The translations under genes and the position numbers were made by a program. A stretch of DNA of 64,000 bases, from assembly GCA_963823665.1 (NCBI GenBank), contig CAWGMQ010000012.1:96001-160000 (forward strand), given 5' to 3'. The stretch is from an uncultured Planctomycetota bacterium (GTDB lineage Bacteria > Planctomycetota > Planctomycetia > Isosphaerales > Isosphaeraceae). The notes beneath the pieces were generated by a model. The model was not told the origin of the DNA. It saw only the letters and a list, made by a program, of their open reading frames with translations, and searched no databases. Positions 32,187-43,300 of the stretch are shown here, piece after piece (within the stretch, counting starts at the first letter, position 1; each line of letters begins with the position of its first letter).

Positions 32187-35100
32187 GCACGCAATCGATC
32201 TTGAGCGAGCTGGCCGTCGCCCCGATCATCGTCCGCTGGACGGCGCTGCTGGCCTTCGCCTGGCTCGCACACGTCGCGCTCGCGGCTCGCAATCCCCGTT
32301 GGCGAGTCGCCCTCTGGCGTGGCGCGGTGGCCGGTGTCGCGGGCGTCGCCGTGCTGACCCTCGCGCCGCCCGTGCTGACCATCCCCGTTATTCCCGCTCC
32401 CGCTTCGGTGGTCACCCAGCCCGACGCGGTGCCTCCGGCTCCGCTGCCGATTGATGCCCGCCCCGGCCCTTCCGCGCCGATCTCCCCGCGGCAAGACTCC
32501 ACCCTCCCCTCCGTGGCGGCTCCGTCCGCGGCCGTGCGTTCCGCGGCCCCGGCGTGGCCGCTCATCCCGGCGTTGCTCGGCGTGTGGCTAATCGGGGCTG
32601 CGGTGCTCGCAGCTCGGTTGGCGCTGGCCTGGCTCGGCCTCCGCCGAATCATCGCTCGCTCCGAAGCTGCCCCGTCGCGCGTCGTCGCCCAGTGCCGCGC
32701 CGTGGCCGAGGCGATCGGTGCGCCGGCCGTGCGCGTCGTCTGCTCAGCCGAGATCGCCACGCCCTGCGTTGCCGGCCTGCGGCCTCCAGTGCTGCTGTTG
32801 CCTGCCCGTGCCCTCCTGGACGACGACTTGAGTGGTGTCTTCGCCCATGAGCTGGCGCACGCCCGCGGCCACGACCTGGCCTGGAACCTGCTTGCGCACT
32901 TCGCAACGATCGCGCTTTGGTTCCACCCGCTCGCCTGGCGGCTCCGCTCGGCTCATGCGGCAGCGTGCGACGCCGTCTGCGACGCCGTCGCCGCCGACTT
33001 CCTGGGCGATGTCTCCGCCTACTCCCGCACGCTCGCCCGCCTGGCGCTCGCGGCCCTGGGACCCTCCCCCGCGCCTGGCCTGGCGATGGCCCACTCGTCC
33101 GACATCCGCCGCCGGGTCGACGCGCTCGAGCGCAAGGTTTTTCGCTCGCCCTTGCCACGAAAGCTCGCGCTGCCTGCGGCACTGGGCGGCGGAGCGGTCT
33201 TGATCTTGATCGGCGGCCTGGCCGTCACCGGTGCCGCGCCAACTGCAAGCACCGAGCAGTCCGCTAAGCCCGCGCCGGCCGGCGACGGCCGCCTCGAGAT
33301 TCAAGCCGTCGCCGCGGCGACTGGTAAGCCGATCGAAAGCGTTTCGGTCGTCTGGCAGCTCCGCATCAACAGCGGAAGATTCACGAAGACGACCACCAGC
33401 ACCGGCCCCGACGGCCGAGCCTCGCTCGATTGGCCCAAGGACGCCACGGTCAACGGCCTTCATCTCACAGCACGCAAGTCGGGCTTCGTGCCCTACTCGA
33501 TCGACTGGGATGACAGGTCCCACCCGCTCCGCCTGCCGGCAGTGAAGGAGCTCCGGTTTGTGCCTGGCATCACGATCGGCGGCGTCGTGCGCGACGAGGC
33601 CGGCAAGCCCGTTGCCGGCGCCAAGATCTCCGCGAACGCGCCGCCCACCGAGAAGGAGTCCTCCGGCTACAGCATTCCCTTCGCCGAGACCACGACCGAT
33701 GCGCAAGGCCGCTGGCGGGTCGACGATGCCCCCGCCGATCTGGTCAGCGTGAACGTCGGCGTCGAAGCCCCCGGCTTTCTTCGCGGCGGTGGTCCGCCAT
33801 CTCGCGACTTGGGCGCGGTGATCGTGCTCAAGCGAGGCTTCACGGTGAAGGGCCGCGTGCTCGACTCCGAAGGCAAACCGCTCGCTGGCGCGAGCGTCAG
33901 CGTGGGGGGCGATTTCAGCTCCCGGTCAAACACGAAAACCGACTCGGGCGGCGACTTCGTGGTGGAGAACTGTCAGCCCGGCGCGCAGCTCGTCACGGTG
34001 CGGGCCGAGGGCTTCGCGCCCGACTTGAAGGAGATTCATCCGGAGGACAAGCCCGCCCTGCAGTTCCGCCTTGGGCCGGGGCACACGCTGCGCGGGAAGG
34101 TCGTCGACCAGCAGGGAAAGCCCGTCGCCGGCGCGACGATTGCCGCGGAAACGTGGCGGGCTCACCGGTCGCTCGACTTCCGCGTCGGCACCGGTAACGA
34201 CGGCCGCTTCGAATGGCGGAGCGCGCCCGCCGACGTCGTCCTCTACAGCCTCTGGAAGCCAGGCTTTATGTCCCGCCGCCAGGTTTCGCTCGCGCCAGAC
34301 GTCGCCGAGCAATCCCTCACGCTCAACCCGGTGCTGGTCATCTCCGGCCGCGTCACTGATGCTTCAACGGGGCGGCCGGTGCCGGAGTTCCGCGCCGTGC
34401 AGGGCCTCGTGTCCTCGAACAACCCGCGCATCAGTTGGATGGTGCAGGAAGCCGCGCAGTTCACCGGCGGGCGTTACACCATCAAGCACGACGAGCGTTA
34501 CGACGGCTACGCCGTGCGCATCGAAGCCACGGGTTACAAGCCGGCTGATTCCCGAGTCTTCAACCCCACCGAGGGCACACCGACATTCGACTTCGCGCTC
34601 GTACGCGCCGCCCCCTCCGACCTCCTGACCGGCACCGTCCTCCGCCCCGACGGCCGCCCCGCGGCCGGGGCAGAGGTCGCGCTCGCGACCCGCGACCACC
34701 CGCTCCTCTTCGACATGGAACAAGTCCGCTTCGGCCGCAGTAACGGCATGTCGTTCGCGAAAACCGGCCCGGATGGCCGTTTCACCTTCGACGCGCCCGA
34801 CGGTCCGTTCATCCTCGCCGCGATCAGCGACGATGGCTACGCCGAGTTGCACGACAAGTCCGGACACCTCACCCTGGAAGCCTGGGGCAAGGTCAAGGGC
34901 CAGGCCTTCATCGGCCGGCAACCAGCAGCCAATCAGCCGGTCAGCATCAGTCGGCGAGATTACCAGCCGCTCCCGAACGGTGTGAATGCATTCTACGGCA
35001 CGAACACGCGCACCGACGCCCAGGGCCGCTTCGTCTTCGATAGGGTGATTCCCGGCCCGAGTGAAGTCGCGCGCGTGGTCGTCACCGAGTTCGGCAACGG

Positions 35101-35539
35101 CAGCACGCAGCACATGGGATGCTGGCAGGAGCCCGTCGACGTCCAGCCCGGCGAGACGGTGGAAGTCAAGATCGGCGGCAAGGGCCGTCCGGTGGTCGGC
35201 CGCGTCGCGCTCAAGGCCGCGCCCGGCGTGATCGTCGATTGGCGGCGGAACCGCCCGGCGACGGTCCAGAGGGTGCGGGGGTTTAACCTTCTGCCAGGCG
35301 CCCGCCAGAACGACCGGTTCGCCGCGAGTCTCGACAAGGACGGCCGGTTCCGCATCGACGACGTCCCACCCGGCCACTACGAGCTGACCGTCACGATCGA
35401 CGCGCCCCCGGTGCTCGACCGCCCCGGGCCCGTCAGGGCTCTCGGCCGAGTGAGGGTCCCCGTCGACATCCCCGAAGGGGATTCCGACGCACCCGTCGAC
35501 CTCGGCGAAATCGCCGCCACGGTGGAAAAACCGCGATGA
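32183..35539 (+). CDS. BlaR1-like M56 peptidase with multiple carboxypeptidase-regulatory-like extracellular modules
   Basis: TM helices; FAHELAH zinc motif; LWFHPLAW; repeated GRVxDxxGKPVAGA...TxxDGRF; ATGA overlap with the repressor gene. Confidence 0.9.
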   Translation: MSTQSILSELAVAPIIVRWTALLAFAWLAHVALAARNPRWRVALWRGAVAGVAGVAVLTLAPPVLTIPVIPAPASVVTQPDAVPPAPLPIDARPGPSAPISPRQDSTLPSVAAPSAAVRSAAPAWPLIPALLGVWLIGAAVLAARLALAWLGLRRIIARSEAAPSRVVAQCRAVAEAIGAPAVRVVCSAEIATPCVAGLRPPVLLLPARALLDDDLSGVFAHELAHARGHDLAWNLLAHFATIALWFHPLAWRLRSAHAAACDAVCDAVAADFLGDVSAYSRTLARLALAALGPSPAPGLAMAHSSDIRRRVDALERKVFRSPLPRKLALPAALGGGAVLILIGGLAVTGAAPTASTEQSAKPAPAGDGRLEIQAVAAATGKPIESVSVVWQLRINSGRFTKTTTSTGPDGRASLDWPKDATVNGLHLTARKSGFVPYSIDWDDRSHPLRLPAVKELRFVPGITIGGVVRDEAGKPVAGAKISANAPPTEKESSGYSIPFAETTTDAQGRWRVDDAPADLVSVNVGVEAPGFLRGGGPPSRDLGAVIVLKRGFTVKGRVLDSEGKPLAGASVSVGGDFSSRSNTKTDSGGDFVVENCQPGAQLVTVRAEGFAPDLKEIHPEDKPALQFRLGPGHTLRGKVVDQQGKPVAGATIAAETWRAHRSLDFRVGTGNDGRFEWRSAPADVVLYSLWKPGFMSRRQVSLAPDVAEQSLTLNPVLVISGRVTDASTGRPVPEFRAVQGLVSSNNPRISWMVQEAAQFTGGRYTIKHDERYDGYAVRIEATGYKPADSRVFNPTEGTPTFDFALVRAAPSDLLTGTVLRPDGRPAAGAEVALATRDHPLLFDMEQVRFGRSNGMSFAKTGPDGRFTFDAPDGPFILAAISDDGYAELHDKSGHLTLEAWGKVKGQAFIGRQPAANQPVSISRRDYQPLPNGVNAFYGTNTRTDAQGRFVFDRVIPGPSEVARVVVTEFGNGSTQHMGCWQEPVDVQPGETVEVKIGGKGRPVVGRVALKAAPGVIVDWRRNRPATVQRVRGFNLLPGARQNDRFAASLDKDGRFRIDDVPPGHYELTVTIDAPPVLDRPGPVRALGRVRVPVDIPEGDSDAPVDLGEIAATVEKPR

Positions 35540-35549
35540 CCCGAACATG

Positions 35550-35722
35550 AATAGCATTGGATAATCATGCGACCAAGGTGGTTGTCACGCGCTTCGCCAG
35601 TGCTACGGTGTAGCAGGCACACTCCGTGTGCCGTCCGCCGAAGTCGCCGGTTGGTTGTCACTCGTTTTGCCAGTGTCCCGTCCCCGGGGTGAATCGCGGT
35701 CCCGTGATCGCGAAATGCCATT
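35550..35722 (+). repeat. Dispersed ~173-bp element, copy 3
   Basis: Identical 23-nt core at 35610-35632; starts AATAGCATTG like copy 1. Confidence 0.85.
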
Positions 35723-35792
35723 GATTCGCGAAAGCCCCCTGACGAGGTGCAACGCGCGCTCGTAGCAGCCAACCGGTCGGCGCGGTGCGCGG

Positions 35793-36230
35793 CTACCGAG
35801 TTGTAGTCTTCGACAAGAACAGGCTCCCCGGCAGCCCAAAGATGCGGCCCACTGCGTGCATCTGCTTGACCGTGAACGCACGCTTGCCCGTCACCAGATC
35901 ACTCACGGTAGCCTTGGCGAGACCGGTGATGCGCGCCAGTTCCGCCTGCGACATGCCGCGTTCACCCAGCATCTGGGCCAGTAGCTCGTTGGGCGGCAGC
36001 GGTGCCACAGCGTGATGTTCCTGTTCGTACACGATCACCAGGTCGGAAAGTGCGTCCAGGTAGGCCTGTCTGCCCGTATCCAGCTCCGCGCGCAACAGGT
36101 CATCGATGACCGCCTGAGCCGCATCGAGCTCGTTCTCACTTCGGATGCTCATGAGTGGATGCAATTTTACGAGCGCGAGGTAGCTGTCGGGGACCGTGCG
36201 TGCTCGGACCGCGCGTCTGGTCTGGCTCAT
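35793..36230 (-). CDS. HigA-like HTH antitoxin/regulator (no adjacent toxin)
   Basis: PLMSIRSENELDAA...YLDALSDLVIVYEQEH...MSQAELAR...TVSDLVTGKRAFT. Confidence 0.85.
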   Translation of the reverse strand: MSQTRRAVRARTVPDSYLALVKLHPLMSIRSENELDAAQAVIDDLLRAELDTGRQAYLDALSDLVIVYEQEHHAVAPLPPNELLAQMLGERGMSQAELARITGLAKATVSDLVTGKRAFTVKQMHAVGRIFGLPGSLFLSKTTTR

Positions 36231-36343
36231 GCTATCAGGCTCCGTTTCCAATGCCGCGTTTCTCGGACGATTTCGGCAGCGCGGGTCGCTTCCGTCGTCG
36301 GGTTCTTCGGTTACACTAGACACAGTGAGAAGGAGTGTTGTTC

Positions 36344-36572
36344 ATGGCGGAACCAGCAGCCGAACCCGTCGGTTGGGAAAAGGCGCTCATGGCAGCGGAA
36401 AAAGTCAAAGAGCGTCTGCGCTGGGCGACCCGCGCGCTCGACGCGGCAGGAATACCGTACGCTGTGGCCGGTGGAAACGCTGTGGCTGAGTGGGTGGGCA
36501 ACCCGGCCGGCCCGCTTCCCGGCGCCGCTCGGTAATCGATTGCAGCGATTGCTTGATGATCCGAACGCCTGA
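36344..36572 (+). pseudogene. Internally deleted paralog of the nucleotidyltransferase at 21638..22228
   Basis: MAEPAAEPVGWEKALMAAEKVK...YAVAGGNAVAEWV is joined out of frame to PARFPAPLGNRLQRLLDDPNA*; ~360 bp including the DxD motif is missing. Confidence 0.88.
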
Positions 36573-36636
36573 CGGTACGAGACAGCCGCGTGACTGACAC
36601 GGCGGAACGAACAACTGACGCCCGGCGCCAGCCAGG

Positions 36637-39600
36637 CTAATGTGCCAACCCCTCGATCAGCTTCCTGAAGTCCTCCCGCCCCCTGATGGGGTCGAGATCC
36701 GTGTCCTTGCCCACGTGCGCAGCGTCCGTGAAGCCGGCCTTCACGGCCTTTTGCAGCAGGTCCATCGCCCGGTCGGCATACTCCTGCTTCTTGTCCGCGA
36801 TCTTAACGCTTGCGATGGCATACACGCAGGCAAAGTCGTACCACTGACCGGAATTCCAATTCGGGGACTTGGTCAGCTCGGTGACCTCCGCCACGGCCTC
36901 GGCCACCTGACCGGCGTTGATCCGCGATAGTGCTCGCGACGCGCGAAAGTTTTGTTGTACCGGTGTCGGGCCGAGTTCGATCGCCTTGTCCCAGTCCATG
37001 ATCGCCTCGGTGAACTTCCGCAGGCGATCGTATGCGACGGCTCGGTTCAAGTGGCTGGTGCGAAGAAACTCTCTAGCCGGAACGGACCAACGGGCTTGTT
37101 CGTACACGGGCGTCAATGTGCGGATGGCTTTCTCGAACCACTCTAGGCTTTCACCCGGCTGGCCGTTCTTCCTGACCAGAACGCCTAAATTGCAGTAACT
37201 ACCACCCAGGTCGACTCGATATTGCGGGACCGTTGGGAACTCGGCGACCAGCTTTTCCTGGATGGCCAGGGCTTGCCGAAGCCGCTTCTCCGCCTCCGGC
37301 CGCTTCTCCAGGCCGGCCAGCATGGTTCCCAGGCTGTAGAAGCTGTTGGCCAGGTCGCGGCGGTGCTCCGGCACGGCGGGAAAGTCGGCGGCCAACTTTT
37401 CCTGGATCGCCAGGGCTTGCCGGAATTGCTCCGACGCCTCCGGCCGTTTCCTCAGGTCGGCCAGCGATGTTCCCAGGTTGTAGAAGCTGTTTGCCAGGTC
37501 CTTGCGGTAATGCGGCACCGCGGGGAATTCGGCGGCCAGCTTCGCCCGGACCGCCAGGGCTCTCCCATGATGCTCCTTCGCGTTCGATCGCTGGCCGAGG
37601 GCGCTCAGCACAACCGCCAGGTTGTCGTAGATGTCAGCCAGGTCCTTGCGGTACTGCGGCACGGCGGGAAGCTCGGCGACCACCCTCTCCTGGATCGCCA
37701 GGGCCTTCCGATACTGCTGTTCCGCGTCCGGGCGCTTTCCCACGCCGGCCAGCAGAATCCCCAGGTTATTGTGGCTCTGGGCCAGATCCTCGCGGTACTG
37801 CGGCACGGAGGGGAACCCGGCGACCAGCTCCTCCTTGATCGACAGGGCTTTCCGATACTGCTCCTCCGCCTCCGGCCGCTTACCCAGCTCGGCCAGCAGC
37901 AACCCCAGGTTATTGTGGCTTCCGGCAAGGTCCTTGCGGTACTCCGGCACGGGGGGGAACTCGGCGGCCAGCTTCTCCTGGATCACCAAGGCTCTCCGAT
38001 ACTGTTCCTCCGCCTCCTGGCGCTTCCCCAGGCCGGCGAGCAGAAGCCCCAGATTGAGGTGGCTGACGGCCAGGTCCTTTCGATACTGCGGCACGGCCGC
38101 GAACTCGGCGGTCAGCTTCTCCTTGATCGCCAGAGCCTTCCGATACTGCTCCTCGGCCTCTGGGCGCCTCCCCAGGCCGGCCAGCAGAGCCCCCAGGTTG
38201 TTGTGGCTGCTGGCCAGGTCCTTGCGGTACTGCGGCATGGCGGGGAACTCTCCGGTGAGCTTCTCGCGGATCGCCAAGCCGTTGCGATATTCTTTCTCCG
38301 CCTCCGGCCACTTGCCCAGACGGGCCAGCAGCTTCCCCAGGTTGTCGTGGCTGAGGGCCAGGTCGTTGTGCGCCTCGGGCACTGCGGTGAGCTCGGCCGC
38401 CAGCTTCTCCTGGATCGCCAGGGCATTGCGATACTGCTCCTGCGCCTCCGGCCATTTTCCCAGGTCGGTCAACAGAAGCCCCAGGTTGTTGCGGCTGACG
38501 GCCAGGCTCTTGTGGTAGATCGGCACGCCGGGAAACTCGGCAGCCAGCTTCGCGTAGCACTCGAAGGCCAAGCGGTTGGCTGCGACCGCCTCCGCTGTTC
38601 GGCCCAGCCGGTACTGGATGAAACCGACTCGATTCGCCGCGTCCGCCGTGCGAAACCGCGACGGTTCATCGTCCGCTTTCTCCCCGGCGAACTCCCAGTA
38701 GTAAGTCAGAACTTCGGTCAGGAACTTCTTCTGCTCGTCGCTGATCTCGTGCTGCGTGGTGAGCGAATCCCCGGTGGCCGACGAGGTCATGGCGTCGAGC
38801 GCCTGGCGGCTCCGGTCGCGCGCCTTCTCCGCCTTCGCCCGCTGCTCGGCCTCCCGGTCCTTCGCCTTCCTTTCCGCCTCGGCCGCGACGAGCGCCTTCG
38901 CTTCATGCGCCTCAGCAATGCCGCGTTGAGTTGCCTCGTCTGCCCGCGCTCGATCCGCCCCTACCATCCCGATCGTCGTGCCCAAAATGCCGAGGACAAG
39001 CGCCAGGAGAACCACGCTCGCCGCCAGCACCGGCCCCTTGTTTCGCTTGAGGAACTTTCCCAACCGATACCCCGCCGACGGTGGCCGCGCTTCCACGGTC
39101 TCATCGGCCAGATAGCGCTGGATGTCGCGCGCCAGCGCGCTGGCGGTCTCGATAGCGCCGTTCGCGGTGCTTCTCCAGGCACTTCATGACCACCCAGTCG
39201 AGCTCGCCGCGCAAGAGCGCCGTCAGCTTGCGTGGCTCGATCTGCCGCAGTGCGGCGACCGAGGGGAGTGAATCGTCGGTCGAGAGTCTGGTCGATGGCT
39301 TGGAAGGCTCCTCCTCCTGGATGATCCTTAGCATCTCGGTGAGCGCCGCATCCCTCAGGCGTTTGGCATCGAAGGGCCTCAGGCCGGTGAGCAATTCGTA
39401 GAGGATGACGCCCAGCGAATAGATATCGGCCCGCGTATCGATGTCGACACCCGAGAAACCCGCCTGTTCGGGCGACATGTATTCAAGCGTGCCGATGACC
39501 GCGCCGAACTGGGTGGACATCGATTCGTCAGTCAGTTTGCCGGCGGTGGCCTTGGCCACGCCGAAGTCGATGACCTTGGGAATCGGCTTGCCGTCGATGA

Positions 39601-40309
39601 TCGTGACCAGGATGTTCGCCGGCTTCAGATCGCGATGCACGATGCCCTTCTGATGCGCGTGCTGCACGGCCTGGCAGATCGTTACGAATAATTCCAGCCG
39701 CACTGCGGTCGTCAGCCTGGCCTCGTCGCAGAACTTGGAGAGCGACAGGCCGTTGACCAGCTCCATGACGAAAAACGGCTGGCCAGTGGGTGTGAGGCCG
39801 CCGTCGAGCACCTTGGCGATGTTGGGATGATCCATCATCGCCAGCGCCTGCCGCTCCTGCTCGAAGCGAGCGAGCACCGCTTTCGAATCCATACCCTTCT
39901 TGATCAGCTTGAGTGCAACCCGTCGCTTGACCGGCTCGGTCTGTTTGGCGACCCAGACCTCGCCCATGCCCCCTTCGCCGATCTTTTCTTGAAGCGTGTA
40001 CCGCCCCGCGATGACGACGCCGGCCTCGCTCTTCGATTGATAGTCGGCGGTCTTGGTGGCTGCAGAGGATGCGTCATCCGGCATGGAAGCACCGCCGTCT
40101 GCGGTGTCAGTCAGGGCCGAGCCAGGCCCAGCTCCGGCGGTCTCGGCCCCCGCCCTGTCGAGGATGTTACCCGACTTCTCGTGGGCCGCCAGGAGCGCCT
40201 CGACCGCGGCGAGAAGCTCGGGCCGCCCTGCGCATCCCCGCTCCAGAAAGGCGGCACGCTCTTCGGGCAAACGCGACAGCGCTTCTTGGAATAGCGTTTC
40301 CTCGTTCAT
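36637..40309 (-). CDS. Membrane Ser/Thr kinase with 10 TPR-like 49-aa repeats (copy 3), +1 frameshift at ~39151
   Basis: Kinase ORF 39101..40309 and TPR ORF 36637..39096 join if TATCGAG is read as TATGAG (RRYETA, as in the paralogs). Confidence 0.9.
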
Positions 40310-43300
40310 GGTTTCGGCCCCGGCTCGCGCAGCGGTTTCTTCGCCAAGTCCTCGACCAGCCTCTTGAAGTCCTCCCGTCCCCGGATGGCATCAAGATCCG
40401 TATCCTTGGCCATGTGTGCAGCGTCGCTCCAGCCGGCCCTCACGGCCTTCCGCAAGAGGTCCATCGCCCGATCGGCGTACGCCCGCTTCTTGTCGGTGCT
40501 CTTGCCGCTGGCAATGGCGTAGACGCACGCAAAATCGTACCACTGACCGGAACTCCAGTTCGCGGCCTTCGTCAACTCGGCGACCTCCGCCAAAGCCTCA
40601 TCCACCTGGCCAGCCCGGACCCGCGACGTGGCACGTGCCGCGCGAGGCCCTGCTCGCTCCTTCGCCGGGCTGAGCTCGATGGCGTCGCCCCAGGCCTTGG
40701 CCGCCTCGGCGAACTTCCGCAGACGATCGTAAGCCATGGCTCGATTCGCGTGGCTATTGCGGAGAAATTGTCTGGCCACAGCGATGCGGCGATCCCGTTC
40801 ATACACGGCCGTCAATGTGCGGATGGCTTTCTCGAACCAGTCCAGGCTCTCGCCAGGTCCGCCGCCGTTCATGACCAGCCTGCCGAGGTCGCAGTAATTA
40901 CCGCCCAGGTCGACTCGATATCCCGGCACGGCGGGGAATTCGGCGACCAGCTTTTCCTGGATCGCCACGGCTTTCCTGTACTGCGCCGCGGCCTCCGATC
41001 GCCTCCCCATGCCGGCCAGCAGACCTCCAAGTTTGGTGTGGCTCAGCTCCAATCCGCGGCGATACTCCGGCACGGCGGGGAACTCGGCGTTCAGTTTCTC
41101 CAGGATCGCCAGCGCGTGCTGAAATTGCTCCTCCGCCTCGGGAAGTCTACCCAGGTCTCGCAGCACAGCACCCAGGTTGTGGAGGCTCTGGGCCAGATCC
41201 TTGCGGTAATCCGGTTCAGCAGCGAGCTCCGCGGCCAGCTTCTCCCGGATTGCATGGGCGCTGCGATACTGCTCGTGCGCCTCCGGGTATTTTCTCAGAT
41301 CCCGGAGCAGAGAGCCCAAGTTGTTGTGGCAGTTGGCCAGATCTGCACGGGAGCCCCGCAGGGCTGGAAGCCCGGCGACCAGCTTCTCGGAAATCGCCAG
41401 GGCTTTCCGAAACTGCTCCTCCGCTTCCAGCCGCTTCCCCAGCCCGGCCAGAAGCCGACCCATGTTAGTGTGGCTGCTCGCCAGGTTGCCGCGGTATTCC
41501 CCCACAGCCGGGAACTCAGCGGCCAGTTTCTCGCAAATCGCCAGGGCTTGCCGGTAATGCTCTTCCGCCTCCGGCCCCTTCCCCAGTCCCGCCAGAAGAA
41601 GCCCCAGGTTATTGTGGTGGATGGCAAGGTTCTGGCGGTAGAGCGGCACGCCCGGAAACTCGGCCACGAGCGTCGCGAACCCGTCGAGCGCCAGGCGGTT
41701 GGCAGCCGCCGCTTCCACCGTCCGGCCCAGCCGATACTCGATCATGCCAACTCGAGCCGCCGCCAGCGCCGTCCGGACCCGCGATGCTTCGTCGTCCGCC
41801 TTCTCACCGGCAAACTCGCGATAATATGTCAGAACCTCGGTCAGAAACTTCTTCTGTAGGGCGCTGATCTCGCGTTGCGTGGTCAGTGAATCTCCGGTGA
41901 CCGACGACGTCATGGCATCGAGCGCCTGCCGCGTGCGGTCGCGCGCCTTCTCCGCCTTCGCCCGCTGCTGGCCTTCGCGTTCTTTGGCTTGACGTTCCGC
42001 CTCCGCCGCCAGAAGAGCGTTCGCTTCATTCCGCTGGGCAATGCCGCGTTGCTTCGCCTCGTCCGCCCGGGCTCGATTCGCATGGATCATCCCGATCGTC
42101 GTTCCGACAACGCCGCCGATCAAGGCGAGCATCACCACGTTCGCCGCCAGCACCGGCCCCTTGTTCCGGTGCAGGAACTTGCGCAGCCGATACCCCGTCG
42201 ACGCCGGCCGAGCCTCCACGGCTTCATCGGCCAGATAGCGCTGGATGTCTCGAGCCAGGGCGTTCGCCGTCTCGTAGCGCCTTTCGCGGTGTTTCTCCAG
42301 GCACTTCATCACCACCCAGTCCAGCTCGCCGCGCAACAAGGCCGTCAGCTTGCGCGGCTCGATCTGACGCAGCGCGGCCATCGAGGGGAGTGAGTCATCG
42401 GTCGAGAGTCTCGTCGACGGCTTCGAGGGTTCCTCTTCCTTGATGATCCGTAGTACCTCGGTGAGCACCGCATCCCTCAGGCGGCCGGAATCGAACGGCC
42501 TGAGGCCCGTGAGCAATTCATAAAGGATGACGCCGAGCGCGTAGATGTCGGCTCGGGTATCGATGTCGACGCCCGAGAAACCGGCCTGTTCAGGCGACAT
42601 GTATTCGAACGTGCCGATCACGGCGCCGAAGTGGGTGGACATCGACAGTTCGGTCAACTTCCCGGCGGTCGCCTTGGCCACGCCGAAGTCGATGACCTTG
42701 GGAACTGGCTTGCCGTCGATGATCGTCACCAGGATGTTCGCGGGCTTGAGATCGCGATGGACGATGCCCTTCTGGTGCGCGTGCTGAACGGCCCGGCAGA
42801 TCGGCACGAACAGCTCCAGCCGCTCCCTGGGCGTGAGCCTGGCTTCGTCGCAGAACCGGCCCAGCGGCAGGCCGTTCACCAGCTCCATGACAAAAAACGG
42901 CTGGCCGCCCGGCGTGAGGCCGCCGTCGAGGACCTTGGCGATATTGGGGTGATCGAGGATCGCCAGCGCCTGGCGCTCCTGCTCGAAGCGTGCGACCACC
43001 GCTTTCGAATCCATGCCGGTCTTGATCAGCTTGAGCGCGACCTTGCGCGTGACGGGCTCGGTTTGCCTGGCGACCCAGACCTCGCCCATTCCCCCTTCGC
43101 CGATCTTCTGTCGCAGCGTGTAACGCCCCGCGACGACGATGTCGCTCCGGCTCGTCGGTTGGTAGTCGCTTGTCTCGGTGACTCCGGCGGACGCGTCGTC
43201 TGGCACTGGAGCATCGTCGAAAGGGCAGTCAGCACGGGCCTGGCCAGTGCCAGAAACGAAGGTTTGAGACAGGGGCCTGTCGGGAACGGTGGCCGACTTC

